From assembly GCA_964016885.1 (NCBI GenBank), contig OZ024740.1, positions 353,896,001 through 353,960,000 on the forward strand: a stretch of DNA of 64,000 nt, read 5' to 3'. The notes under the pieces were generated by a model. The model made no database searches. It was not told the DNA's origin and saw only the letters and a list, made by a program, of their open reading frames with translations. Position numbers and translations under genes: made by a program. Shown here in pieces: positions 27,236 to 41,405 of this stretch (its first letter is position 1; each line of letters begins with the position of its first letter). Source of the stretch: Eledone cirrhosa (taxonomy: Eukaryota).

Positions 27236-28202
27236 ACAAAACTTTGTACTTAACGCACAAGGTCATTTCAGCACATATATCTAATAAGCTTCGATATAAT
27301 AAAAAATATTATGAATAATATATATTTAGACTAACAGAAACTTTCAGACAAGAACAAATTTGGAAATACTCATAGATTGATCACGTACAAAAATGAAATA
27401 TCAAATATAAATGTAAGAAATTCAATTCGACAGATATACAAGGAACAGACTAAGATAGCGTGCGGAAATCATGACACCATACGAGAATCAAAAGGAAAAG
27501 TCCATGTGTATGCTGCAAAAGACGAAATTCATTTTGACGTAGTACGAAATAGTGGCATTAATATTGGAAACATTGAGAATTCTCTAATTCTCCTGAGAAT
27601 AACAAACACAGTGTTAATAAATGATTCAGCAGGCGTGAAAGGATTGCTCTTTGTGACACATGTGATATAGAAAGATGACACTGGAAACTACGAAAGTATA
27701 CTCTAGTTAGCACTACAGTCACCGAGAGAGCATCCACGCGATTGTTCGGCCTGTCAAAATTAGAAGTAAATCGTCTTCAAATTCTACCATTCTGTTTATT
27801 TTATGGTTGAAAGTACTGGATAAAATAAGCCTGAATATGTGCTATGTATGTTTAAGCTCTGCTGCTTTGGTGACCAAAAAATTTGCATTGAATTGAATGC
27901 AAATGTTTTGGTTTTGGGCGCCGAGACGTTATGGTGAGAACATTTTAATTTTACACATTACAATTACTAATTTTTACTACCCAAATTAACAAACCATTCA
28001 ACAGTTTCTCTCTCTTTCTTTCTTTCCTTCTTCCTCTAACTCTCTTTCTCTCCTCCCCCATTTCTCTCTCTATATATATATATATCGACAATCGATCGAT
28101 AAGATCCCAGATCTCATTCTCTTAACGAGTGGGGTGGAGCTCGTCAAATTCGATGTTTCCATTGGTCTTTCCAATTGCTTAATATATATATATATATATA
28201 TA

Positions 28203-29112
<910 letters not shown>

Positions 29113-29804
29113 CAAGGTTTAGCAAATAAGATAAAGTTTCATAATAAATTTAAAAAAATTAACTGTACTTACTATGGTTACCTTTACCGAGTCGGTTTCG
29201 ATTCTCAAAAATAAACGGAGTCCATACGGCCTTCGTTGCAAAGAAAGAATCATATATATATATTCACTGAACCAGAACATTTCTCCCAATCCCTTTTCCC
29301 TTGACCACTATCTCTACATTGTCATAACATTCACTATAAAGACTACAGAATAGTTTTCCAAATAAGGGCGCAAAAATGTAATGAAAACTTGTTCACGTGA
29401 CAGCCAAATTTCATTTATAACCAACCAAAAAAAAGCCTTCGTGAGCCTCATTTTTTCAAGTAAAAAGAAATTCAAACACTCATATATGAAAAAACAACCT
29501 GTGACAACCCCCCCCCCTCTCTTATTTGAAGAACTATTGTAACGCGAACTGGCGCGAAATTTATTATAATTATTGACAAACCAATCAAATTACTTCTCGA
29601 AAAACCTGGCTTTCGAGCCACTTTTTCCATATAAAACAAGTAACATTTAGAGACCAACCAGATGTGAGAAAAACCACAGACCCTCCATCTCAACTCACCT
29701 TTTGAAAAGCAGAAGAACTGCGAAACCGGTAAAGGAACCAAATAAATATATATATTTAAAAAAAAAATAAGACTTCAGTTGCATTTTCGATTTCATCCCT
29801 TTTT

Positions 29805-29871
<67 letters not shown>

Positions 29872-30293
29872 GAGTGAGAGATCAAAGTTTTTCAATTTTA
29901 TTCGAAACACATGTAACATGTATTTCGCAAATGACCAGCTCTGAGCCACAAGCAGTTACGTAATAAGCATGCAGCTCGACTCTGGATTCGATATACTCAA
30001 CAGACGCAAAGAAGATGACTAGTAAATGCCTACCTTTCATTCTGACACCACCAACAAGTGGATGGCGTTATCATTCTCCACTTTAAATAACGAATACCAA
30101 TTTAACGAATATCCAATTCACGTAAAAGCATTGAATGCTTGAAAAGGTATCTCCAGTAGTAACTATGATTACTCATGAACCGGCAATATATATATAATGG
30201 ACTCTCCCGTCGATATGCGACGTATGAGTGTCCAACAAAAGTTAATGTGAGAAACTACCCACACAAAGTTTTGTTTTAAGTTCTCTCTTACTC

Positions 30294-30419
<126 letters not shown>

Positions 30420-30741
30420 CGTGCCTTCATTGCCAAAAGGTCTGTCTCCCCAAAACCACACTTTTTGAAACTGACGACTCATGCATCTTCAGTGCAAATG
30501 TTTGCCACGGGAAATACGACAGCCCTTAAAAAAAAAAAAAAATACTATTTGGATCGCCGTTCACTCTGTTGAGTTCCTTCGCCCTTTGCCCGGTCTTGTA
30601 TTTCATCCCGCAGTGTCTCCAAATATCACCCTCCTCACCAAGCAAGCTTGGTGAGGTTGCCGGTTTAGTAGCCGACGACCCGACCATGAAACAGGTTGTA
30701 CTGGATTACATGTTACCAGTAGTACTCGAAAGCGACCTGAC

Positions 30742-30776
<35 letters not shown>

Positions 30777-30786
30777 ATATTGTATA

Positions 30787-32532
30787 ATGCATGGACTAGA
30801 CATTGGAAATAAAACACAACCCTTCATGCCAAGGAAACCTAAGATTAATATGAAGGATCATAAAAGAAACTTTGAAAATGATTTACCAGTCAGATTAATT
30901 GCACCATCTAAATCTGACCTTGGCAGACTTAGCAAACATATTCTAGACAGAATAATACCGCAAATTAAGAATTTACCTAATTTATCTTACTTAAAATTAT
31001 GGAAAGGGACTAGTGAGGTTATCGATTGGTTTAAAGAAATTAAATATAACTATAATAATAAGTTTATTCAGTTGGATATTGCTAACTACTACTCATCTAT
31101 CACTCCTAATCTATTGAATAAGGCACTAACTTACGCATTTAAACATACAGACATAACTAGCAATGAAATACACATTATATTATCGGCACGGAAAACATTA
31201 ATAGAATTAAATAACCAACTCTGGACTAGGGCAGATATAAATAATAATTTCGACATAACTATGGGATCTTCAGACTCAACTCACGTAACGGACCTTGTGG
31301 GCCTATTTATAATTAATTCTCTACATAGAAAAATACCAGGTGTAACCGGAGGTTTATATCGTGACGACATGCTTTTACTTATAGAAAATAATAGCTGTGA
31401 ACTAAATAGAAAAAGAAAATAAATTATACATTTTTTTAATTACCTTAATCTAAAAGTAGAAATAGAGAATAACCATAAAATAGTCAATTTTCTAGATGTA
31501 ACACTAAATCTTAACACATGTCTTCATTATCCATTTCACAAACTAAATGAGAACTTAAATTATGTCAATTTTAACTCTAATCACCCCAGATCCGTTAAAA
31601 ATACTATAGTGAACTCTGTACAAGAACGAATTTCGAGAATTTCATCTAATAAGAATATATTTGATGAAAAAGCGCATTATTACAACGAAGCGTTAGGTAG
31701 AGCTGGGTATAGAAATAAAATTAAATACATCGATAATAATAATACTATAAAAACTAACCAAAATAATAACAATTTTAACTATGGTAACAATTTTAACAAC
31801 TATAATAGAAAACATTACAATAATTCCGAAAGCCGAAAAAGAAATAGAACTAGGAATATAGTATGGTTCGCTCCTCCTTTCTCACTAAATATTAAAACCC
31901 CTATTGCTAAACTATTCTTTAAAGCCCTCGACAAACGCTTCCCTAGAACACATAGATATTACTCAATTTTTAATAGACATACTATAAAATTAACTTACTC
32001 TTCCACCAAAAATTTAGCGCAAAATATTAATAGAATTAATAATAGAAATTTAAAACCTAACCAAAATACCAATAATAAACCAAGCAATATTCAATCGAAT
32101 AATTGTAACTGTAGAAGTAAATCCAACTGTCCGTTAAATAACAATTGCTTAGCTAAAAATGTAGTTTATAATTGTAATGTAAAAACTAATTTAAATGTAT
32201 TTAATTATGTCGGGTCTACCTCCACAGAGTTTAAATCCCGCTTCAATAATCATAAAAATTATTTTACAGATCCAAACAAAAAATCTTCAACTTCGCTATT
32301 TAGCCTATTATGGGACCTAAAACGAGATAATGTTGAATATTCGCTGATTTGGAATATTATTTCAAAAGCTACTCCTTTTAATTCCTCTTCAGAAAATTGC
32401 GATCTTTGTATAGAGAAAATATTCTTTATATTAAAGACCAAAAATTCCCTAAATTTAAGGAATAATTTATTCAGTTGCTGCAGACATATATTGAACTCAA
32501 CATTTAAATATAAATATAAATTTAAAATGTAG
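30787..32532 (+). pseudogene. PLE RT-GIY-YIG ORF, 5'-truncated, one in-frame TAA at 31420
   Basis: MKDHK..PVRLIAP.KSDLG; LDIANYYSSI; MGSSDS; YRDD; CNCRSKSNCP; VVY...YVG; CDLC...CCRH; ORFs 30787 and 31609 share a frame. Confidence 0.9.
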
Positions 32533-34061
32533 TATAATTAATTGAGTAATTTGGTTAATATATGAAACCTGTCGATAAATCATTAGATTCCTTCATCTTT
32601 TTCATTTTCTTTGGTTAAGTACTCAAGTATAAATAAATTTTCTTCCTAAATATAAATATAATAAACTATTCTAGAGAAATATATTGAGAGCTCTTGAAAG
32701 GAGAAAATATTTCCTATTTCTTATATTTTTCATTTTTTTTTTTTTTTCATTTTTTTTCATATTTTTTCATATTTTTTATATTTTTTATATTTTATTTATT
32801 TATTTATTTTATATTAGGTTTCTTTTTTATTCTGATAGCTTCTCATAATTTTCGAACGTTTATCCTTTCAATATCTTGAGTAAAATATACGTAAGATAAA
32901 TTTCTATACTAAATCTATTAAACATATTATTTTAACTTAAAATATTCTATAATATTTTTAAATATTTTAATATTTTAATATTTTAGAATTCTTTTGTTTT
33001 TAAGTTATATTGATATAATTATATTTCCAAAATATAATCCTTTTGTATTTTATGTACTCAATTATACTATGTAATATATTGATGTATACGTATCTCTATA
33101 CGAGTATGTATGTATATGTGTGTATTGACATACATATACATGTGTTATATGCATTTTTATGAATATATGTCTGTCTGTATATATGCATGAGTGACGCGTG
33201 TCTACCAATTGGGTGATGCAGACACATGTGTATATGTGTATATGTAAGAATTGTGTGTGTACATGTACATGTGTACCCATACAATTTGATTGCAGATAGG
33301 CATAATTTAACAGCCATAAATGCATGAAAGCTAATCCTATATATTTTTATATATATATATTAAAAATTTTTTTTATTTAATAACACAAGGGATGTATAAC
33401 ATTAATAATAAAAAAAATCATTTATGCTTTGTATGTATATATTATATAGGGGAGTAGATATAATGTGTATCTTCTGAGTGTGTATATATATATATATTTA
33501 TGTGTATCTTTTGCGTGTGTGTACGTGTTATATGATAGGTAATTTTCTCTAGCAATATATAGATTTATTAATGTTTAAATTTAAATTTTTAATATATTGA
33601 TCTCAACTTTTAAACTAAATATCTAATCATAGTTAAACAATGATTAATTTCTCATATTATATATGTATATTCCATTCATGAATATTAATATTTCTAATTT
33701 TATTTATTCATTTCATCTCAATTGTTAACTTAACTTAATATGACGTGACTTAAGGTTTTCGTTCTCTCCCCCTCTCTCTATCTCTATATTTCTCTCTCTT
33801 GATTTTTTCTCTCTGTCTGGTGTTTTGATATCTCTCTCTCCTTTTTCTTTTTTCTTTTTTTTCTCTTTTTCTTTCTTTGTATCTCCCTTTCTTTCTCAAC
33901 TTTTCTCTCTCTCGGTTTTTCTCTCTCTCCGTCTTTTTCCTTCTCTGTAACACAATGACTTACTAAGATAAACAAATCCAATATCCCTGATGTCTTCCAA
34001 AAGTAACGGTTGTATTTTGAAAGGGTATGTCAAAATTTATTTATAAAACTGGTATATATTG

Positions 34062-34126
34062 TATTTTGTCTGATGAAAGCATACCATAATTTAACATGGT
34101 ATCCTTGAAATATGAATAATAAAATA
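34062..34126 (+). ncRNA. Type I hammerhead ribozyme
   Basis: TATTTTGT-CTGATGA-AAG c ATACCAT..ATGGTAT c CTT-GAAA-tatgaa-TA-ATAAAATA; stem I extendable by TTTATTTATAAAACT/GGTTTTATAAATAAA. Confidence 0.78.
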
Positions 34127-34165
34127 GATATGGTTTTATAAATAAAGTTTCCATTTGTTAATATC

Positions 34166-34208
<43 letters not shown>

Positions 34209-34312
34209 TCCAGGTGGTGCTATTAAGTTAGACATGACCTGGGCAAATACTGGCTAAAACCCATCAAAGTTATCAAAGTTGCATACACACACACATATAT
34301 ATATACATATAT

Positions 34313-34440
34313 ACAGGCTGGCCAGTTCGTCCTCCTCCATGTCTAGGGCTTCTCCGAGGGCGTCGTCGCACCTGCTGCGTACCAGCCCTCTATAGAATGT
34401 TGCGGTGGAGTCTCCACTGATAACCGGATCCGCCTGCCAG
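34313..34440 (-). mobile_element. Short Tx1/L1 ORF2 fragment
   Basis: FYRGLV..RCDDALGEAL..EEDELASL matches the C-terminal region of the 54299-57724 ORF2. Confidence 0.75.
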
Positions 34441-34858
34441 AAGAAGCAAATAGATAGATATTCATATACATATCCATTTACACACACAGACACATATATA
34501 TATATATGTGTGTGTGTGTGTACATATATCGCGCTTTATCTTTGTGTGTGCGCGTTTTTTTTTCCTTTATGTGTAGTTGAGTAGTGTCAATCGGATTTAT
34601 TTTCAATTCATTTTAACATTTCTCGCTCTCCCATTCTCTTTAGATATATATCCTTTTCCATCCACCCTTCTCCACTCTCTCTCTCCTTTTCATTCTTTCT
34701 CTCTCCATCCTTGCATCTTATTACCTTTCTCTTTCTCTCCTTTTACGTGTCGGAGTTTTCTTTGTGCAACATTTTGATTATTGTTCTCTTACTTTCTCCA
34801 GCTCTCTGTATATACTTGTTTCTCTCTCTCCCTCCATCTCTCTCTCTCTTACTCCCTC

Positions 34859-34949
<91 letters not shown>

Positions 34950-35991
34950 CTTCATTGCCTAAAGGTCTGTCTCCCAAAAGCCCATCGCAAAAGCAGCTTT
35001 CGCGCCTAAATGGTCCGATCAAACGAGCGGCACCTAAACGACTGCATCCAACCATCCTATACTGCCTGAACACATAATACAAAAAACGATAAGATGGTTA
35101 TGGCTTAAATGCTGGTAGAACGATGTAGTTTCCACACAGAGACAGTTTCTTCATTTGTACATTCCACTAGAATACGACAGAAGCCAAGTCTGTTCAAAAC
35201 AAACTCTAGAACCCATACCCAGGTAAGTAACAAGTAAAGGTAAAAACCTCTTAATTCCTGATGTAATCATAGGGGCGCCAACACGATACGCAACGGGATG
35301 GTCGTTTTAAACCTGGCGTAACCCATCCCTCTCCATTCGGTTTCTTCCAGAGAGAAAACGAAAGAGTTAGAGAAAATGATGGGGGTCGACGCCAGTTCTT
35401 GACTGGGACATTATTCAAATATCTCAAAAGGTTGGAAGGCAATGTTGGCTTCGGCGGGATTTGAACTCAGAGCCCAGTGAGCCGGAACAAATGCTGATTT
35501 CTTATATATCCGCCACTCTAACCACTCTGCAAATTCACTGCCTTAATCAAATAAAAGATATCCAAAATATTTATTTAAACTCAATCAAACAACACGAGTT
35601 CAGAAGCGATAAGTATAAAAATTAAAAAGACAGCACCACCAGCAACAATAAATACATTGGTTACCCTATTCAACATCACAACTCTGCACAAACCACATTA
35701 AAACTCCTGCATGACATTGTCTGTTAGATGAGAGGAGGCTTCGGACTATACAATACCAACCACTGATATCTCAAGTAGTGAATTTTATAAAATGGCTGTT
35801 CTTTCCAAAATTCATCATAAACAAAGACTTCTCATAAATTATGGACACAGAGACGCTTAAACAATCGATTAATAAATCTATCGACTTGCAGCTGTCAAAC
35901 CAAAATCTCATGTCAAAAATCATAGAAATAAGAAATTCAGGTGATGATTCGTAATGAATGTTAAGGGAAATAGATAGAGTTGATATAAATA

Positions 35992-36175
35992 TGTTACTGA
36001 TTTAGGCACAAGGCCAACAATTTTGGGGATGGGAAAGTCGATTAAATCGACCCCAATGCATTACTGGTACCTTATTTTAGCGACAGGATTTGAACTCAGA
36101 TCGTAAAGGGGAGTAACCCTATGCCATAAAGCATGTTGTCCGACGCCCCACCGATACTACCAATATACCGCCCTG
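35992..36175 (-). mobile_element. SINE with 16-bp TSD
   Basis: AGAGTTGATATAAATA at 35976-35991 and 36176-36191. Confidence 0.85.
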
Positions 36176-36889
36176 AGAGTTGATATAAATAATTGAAGTA
36201 AAACTATTTTTGGTAAATATAAAATAGTCAAAAGAAAATATCTTATTTCAAAAATCAGAAACAGATTTCGGGCTATTTTCCGCAATACCACATCAACATC
36301 ATGCCCTACGTATCTTTACATATAATGAACTATTTTAAAGTATTTTACCAGAACCTACTTAAAATAGAAATATCAGCCGGAGAAAGACACACAAAACCAA
36401 GTATAGAAAAGTTCTATGTTTCTAGAAAAAATCTGTTAGTCAAAATAAAAAAGTAGAGGATTCAAATTGACGTGTAGGAAATCAAAAATGCTAATGATAA
36501 TGCTTTTTACATCAGCAGATAGAATCAAGTTAACATACAAAATAAAACAAAGAAAGGACTATTAAACCAATGGAATCCACAAATTGCGAAACGATTGATT
36601 AAGGCATTTACATATATTTTTACAAGCGATTGCCCAATATAGGTCTGTTATTTTTCTTAATTTAATATTTAAAATTAAATCTGACAAACCATATTGCTGA
36701 AGTTAGTATTTTTTCACCTTAGCAATCTTAGTCCTTACGATTCGAACACATGTATGTTTATATTAGTGTTCATCTCTCTTGTTTATTCAATTATAGATTT
36801 TTACATCGATTTTTACATATATATATATTTAATAACTTACTTAAACAAATAGAAAATATTGAAATTCTTCACAACGTTCTTTTTTTTTT

Positions 36890-36920
<31 letters not shown>

Positions 36921-37295
36921 CATATTGTGGGATAAAGATAATATTCAGTAATTATAGAGGAAAGACGGTATGAAAGATTATGAACAGTCGTTATTACTTG
37001 CAGATTAAGGGTGGTAGATTGGCAGAATGGTTAGGGCTTTAGACAAAATGCGGTATTTAATAACGGCTCTACGTTCTGAGTTCAAATACCATAGGGGTCA
37101 AGTTTTTTTCATCTCTCCTGGTCAAATATTGAGACCAGGGTAATTCTAGAGAATTAACGGATTTAGACTAGTTTGGCCTGATACATATAATGATAATATT
37201 TGACTAGTATTAACAATGATGATATCATTTTGAAATCTCTAATATATATGTGATTTGAGAAATGTGATAATGTCACAATTAAAACGATAAAATAA

Positions 37296-37483
37296 TTGTT
37301 TCTACTTTTGGCACAAGGCCAGCAATTACCCAATACATTACTGGTACTTTATTTTATCGACCCCGTAAGGATGAAAGGCAAAGTTAACCTCGGCGGGATT
37401 TGAACTCAGACCGTAAAGGGACGTAACTATGCTGGAAAGCATAGCGTCCGACTCTCTACTGATACTGCCAATCCACCGCCCTT
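37296..37483 (-). mobile_element. SINE with ~17-bp TSD
   Basis: TAAAACGATAAAATAAT on both sides. Confidence 0.88.
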
Positions 37484-37689
37484 AAAACGATAAAATAATG
37501 AAAGCGTATTGAATTAGTCATACATTTTTCTCAAAAGTATTAGTGAAATAACTGAAGAGAAACTATTTAAGAAATCTGATTGCAGTCGAGTTCTCGATGA
37601 TTTAATACTTACATATATATCCATTTGTATTGGGGAACATTTAGTTCAGATCCTTTAAATGAACACAGCTTCAGAGACCTTAGTATTAG

Positions 37690-37893
37690 TCGGTGGATTG
37701 CCAGTATCGGTAAAGCGTTGGATAACATGCTTTGTGGTCCTTTACGTTCTGAGTTTAAATCCCACCGGGGTTAACTTTGCCTTTTATCCTTACAAGCTCG
37801 CTAAAATGCAGTACCAGTAACGCACTGGGGTCGACTTAATCGTCCTTCCCATCCCCTAAAATTGTTGGCCTTGTGCTTAAATCAGAAACCATT
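37690..37893 (+). mobile_element. tRNA-derived SINE
   Basis: Family consensus. Confidence 0.8.
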
Positions 37894-38745
37894 TTATAGA
37901 CCATGTTATGTAGGTTCTATTTTAGAGTGTCAGAAATATGGGGTGCGAGGTGAACGAAGAGTACAAATAGAAAAATCCAATACCTCAAATAAGGTAAAAA
38001 GGAATAGACGTGGATTTCAATGTAAGAGGTGGAAAGGGATGGAGATAATTAGAAAAAACGGGAGACAAAAAAAAAGAAAGAAATATATGTATATATATCT
38101 ATTCACAAAATAATTTTCTTTTTCTTTTAGGTGGGCTTAAACGTCTTATTTTTATGAAATAGTATAATAATTATGACTTCACACGTTCTAACTGTAAGAA
38201 TGGAGACGGGACAAGAACCCGGGTTAAAAGAGGAATGGTAATATTTCCACTACGAATCTCACTTTCTCCCTGTAAAAATGAATAATGCAACTATGCCTAA
38301 TAAAAAAATAAAAAAAATTATCATCGAGACTTAGAGTGATGTTCGATAATAACCCCATTGCTAATACTTAAAGTTTGGAGGAACAAACACATGACATGAG
38401 CAAGGCAAAGATTACTCTTCAAGAATTTGTCTGTTTGGATTAACAAACAGGATAATGAATCTCTACGAGGATTAATAGACAATATTTGCGACGGGGGAAT
38501 GAGTTCGATCGCTCTCGGATTTGGATAAGAAGGCATTTTGCAAGCTACAACTTTGCAAGGATTACACGAACGGGTGATAGCTGTAATAATAAAAACAAAA
38601 ATAAGCATCTTCCTTTGTAAAATGAATCTAATTCCAGTTATATAATTATTCCAATTACATAATCTATATTATACATGACACAGCAGTTCAAATCCTTAAT
38701 CGGTTATCAACATCCTCATCCGCAAAATTATCATTATTATTATTA

Positions 38746-39183
38746 AAGACGAGCACTTACCTCTTCGGTGATGCCCTGATTAACTTTTTCAAATTTCATT
38801 TGAAAAGGAAAATCAGGGTAGAGAGGGAAGTGCTCTCTTCCCAGCATTTTGTTGAAAGATGGGTGAGAGAGGCAAGAATGGCCCGAGTGAATGGGCCTAC
38901 TCTGAGTATGTGTCTGTAAATTAAAGGTAGAAAACTAGGAGAGGGCACTTGCCCTGGTGGTCAGGGTCACTGTGGCTTTTTAATGAGCTTTCTCCACGAA
39001 TGTCCCTCGGAAGTCTCCCCCCGTATTGGGGAATTTTTCATTGTTATATTTTTGTTACATCCTCTGTTTTTGTTTTTTACACGCAGAAATGCCCATTTGT
39101 ACCGTCCTGTATTGTCCTGTACTGTCCTTATTGTCTACTTTGTGTAAACCCTTGTGGTTAATAAAGAGATCATTATTATTATT
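38746..39183 (+). mobile_element. Tx1/L1 3' end (5'-truncated insertion)
   Basis: Highly similar to reverse complement of 54049-54470; AATAAA + (ATT)n tail; preceded by (ATT)n. Confidence 0.88.
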
Positions 39184-39399
39184 GGTCTAATCGGATGTAT
39201 TTTTCTCGCTCCCAGTAAGTTGCTTTATTTGCCTATTAAAATTATTTGTTGTTAAATATTTCTTGTTGTGTAAGGGATATAAGCCCTTAGACTTTAACCT
39301 GTGAAGGGGAAAGTATAATATTTGGGCCTTTTGGCCCAAATATTTGAACTTTTTTTACATTTAAAAAAATTTACGAAAAAAAAAAAAACATCGCTGAGC

Positions 39400-41373
39400 C
39401 ACGCCCCCCAGCGATATGTCTGCTGTCGTGCGACAACGACGTAGAAGTTGAGAGTAGCGCTACAGCGAAATTAACACAAATTGATAACACAAACACCACC
39501 ACAAACAATGTAAACAAAGACACCAATGAGACCAATGAGAACTCTAATTTTGAAAAAAATGACAGTAACAGCGACAACGAAAATACAGATAACAAAAAAA
39601 TAATGACAAATGCAACAACAATATCAGTACCACTAACATGAAAACAAATAGCGACAACACCAACAGCAACAATACCAACTGCACCGAGAACAACGGTGGC
39701 AACAAAGACAACAATGATAACAGCGACATTGCTAACAACAACACCAACAAGGACAACGACAACGACAATAACACCCCCCAACGAAAACAAGAACACTTTC
39801 GCTGCGGCAGCAGCAAAAAAGAGGCCATGCTTCAACATGGACCTCTCAAACAAAGATGAAAAGTTAGCCCAGGAATGGAAGCTCATCAAGCAAGAGCAAA
39901 CCTGGGCCAACTTAACTGTCCCGGTAGAAGCTATTGAGGCAGTGGAGCGCAAAACGGTGCATTTTAGATGCATCTCAGCACAAACCAAAAGAGCAGCTTT
40001 AATCCCACAAGCAGATGTCGAAGTCGCGCTGAGGTGCATTAGAGAGAAGACATCGAATACATAGAGAGGGCAGACAGTACGGCACCATTTCGGTGTCGTT
40101 CAAGTCAGAAGCCCTCGCTATGAAACACGCTATGACTCCTTGCAAAACCAGCAAGGTCATAATGTACCCCTCCCACATGGGAAAAAGAACGGCCCGTCTC
40201 CGCATTCCCAGAATCCCACCAGGACATGACATGTGGTGGCTTCTGGGATGTGTGATTGTGGAGGGGACGGATACCGTCCCTATAGAAATGATCAGAACGG
40301 CCAGAGAGGACTGGTCCGGGGTTGATCTGGAGATCCTTCTCCAGATCAGGCCCGAGAGTGTGAAGACAATCGAGGACCACATCCGCCTTCAGAATGGGAC
40401 GGTTATCCACATTATGACCGAAGGCAAATGGCCGCATTGTTTTGTTTGTGGGGAAAAAACCCATTTGCGAGCCTTCTGCCCTCAACTGCTGAAAGAGGCA
40501 AGGGGTCTAAAGGTCCACTGCTGCCGTCGCCGGGGCGAGGACCACAACCAACACCAGCACCGGCAAAACCACCACAACAACACCAATAGAAAGACCATCA
40601 CCAACAGTGACCACCCAGGGGGGAAACGAGGAAAGCTGTCAAATTCCCCCTACCTCCCAAAATACACACACCAATAAAACCATAAACATACACACAGACA
40701 CACTTACAGACACAGACCCCTCATCTACCAGTAGTGAAGATGAGGGAAAACCAAAATCCTCCCCCAAAATACAAAAAAGGAAACACAAAGAGAAAAAAAA
40801 ACTCAACAAAGCACAAAATCACCCACAATAAAAAACGCAGACACCACCCATGCAAACATCTCTCCAATAACACCAACATCAACACCACCATCACCATCAC
40901 CAGAATCCCCCAAACGCAAACAACCTAAACAGACGCAAGAACAAATATACACACAAACATCTGTAACCACAGACACCGCACTCACACCAAACACAGACAC
41001 AACCGAAACAACACCACCAAAACCATCACCACCACAGCCACGCAAACAAATACAATCACACCAACAAAACATACAAAACTTCGTGCTCGCCAGGAGGGCC
41101 AACAAGGAACTGATGGTCCTCGTAGCACGAAGTGAAAATATACAAAAAGAGGGGGAAATTTTTAAATCGAGCACATTTCGCGTGCCGGAAGATTTGGTTC
41201 TGGTGCGAATGTCGCTCGATTTATACAAAGAAATACGAGACAGCTTTCCTCGGGACGCGGGAACCCCGAACGTAAAACCCACTTCAAGACTTTTAAAGGG
41301 GTTCCCAAAAGAAACGCCACCAACTATGGAGGTCGAACAACTCGACCTTCACAAGAGCCCGGAAGGTAAGTAA
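39400..41373 (+). pseudogene. Tx1/L1 ORF1 (disrupted)
   Basis: Asn/Thr-rich N-terminus, TFAAAA, CCHC knuckle, several stops/frameshifts. Confidence 0.75.
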
Positions 41374-41405
41374 ACCTTTCCTCTCTCTCTTTTTAACCTG
41401 TGAAC

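Larger units (their letters stand above)
30787..34167 (+). mobile_element. 5'-truncated Penelope-like element (Naiad-like) with long AT-rich 3' region and terminal HHR
   Basis: Bounded by (TA)n at 30742-30780 and 34168-34203; RT+GIY-YIG ORF; continuity of the 3' region is inferred. Confidence 0.75.

Noticed and set aside
29180-29252. Minus-strand GAAA-ccgactcgg-TA with stem II
   Set aside because: CUGANGA half missing, replaced by (TA)n
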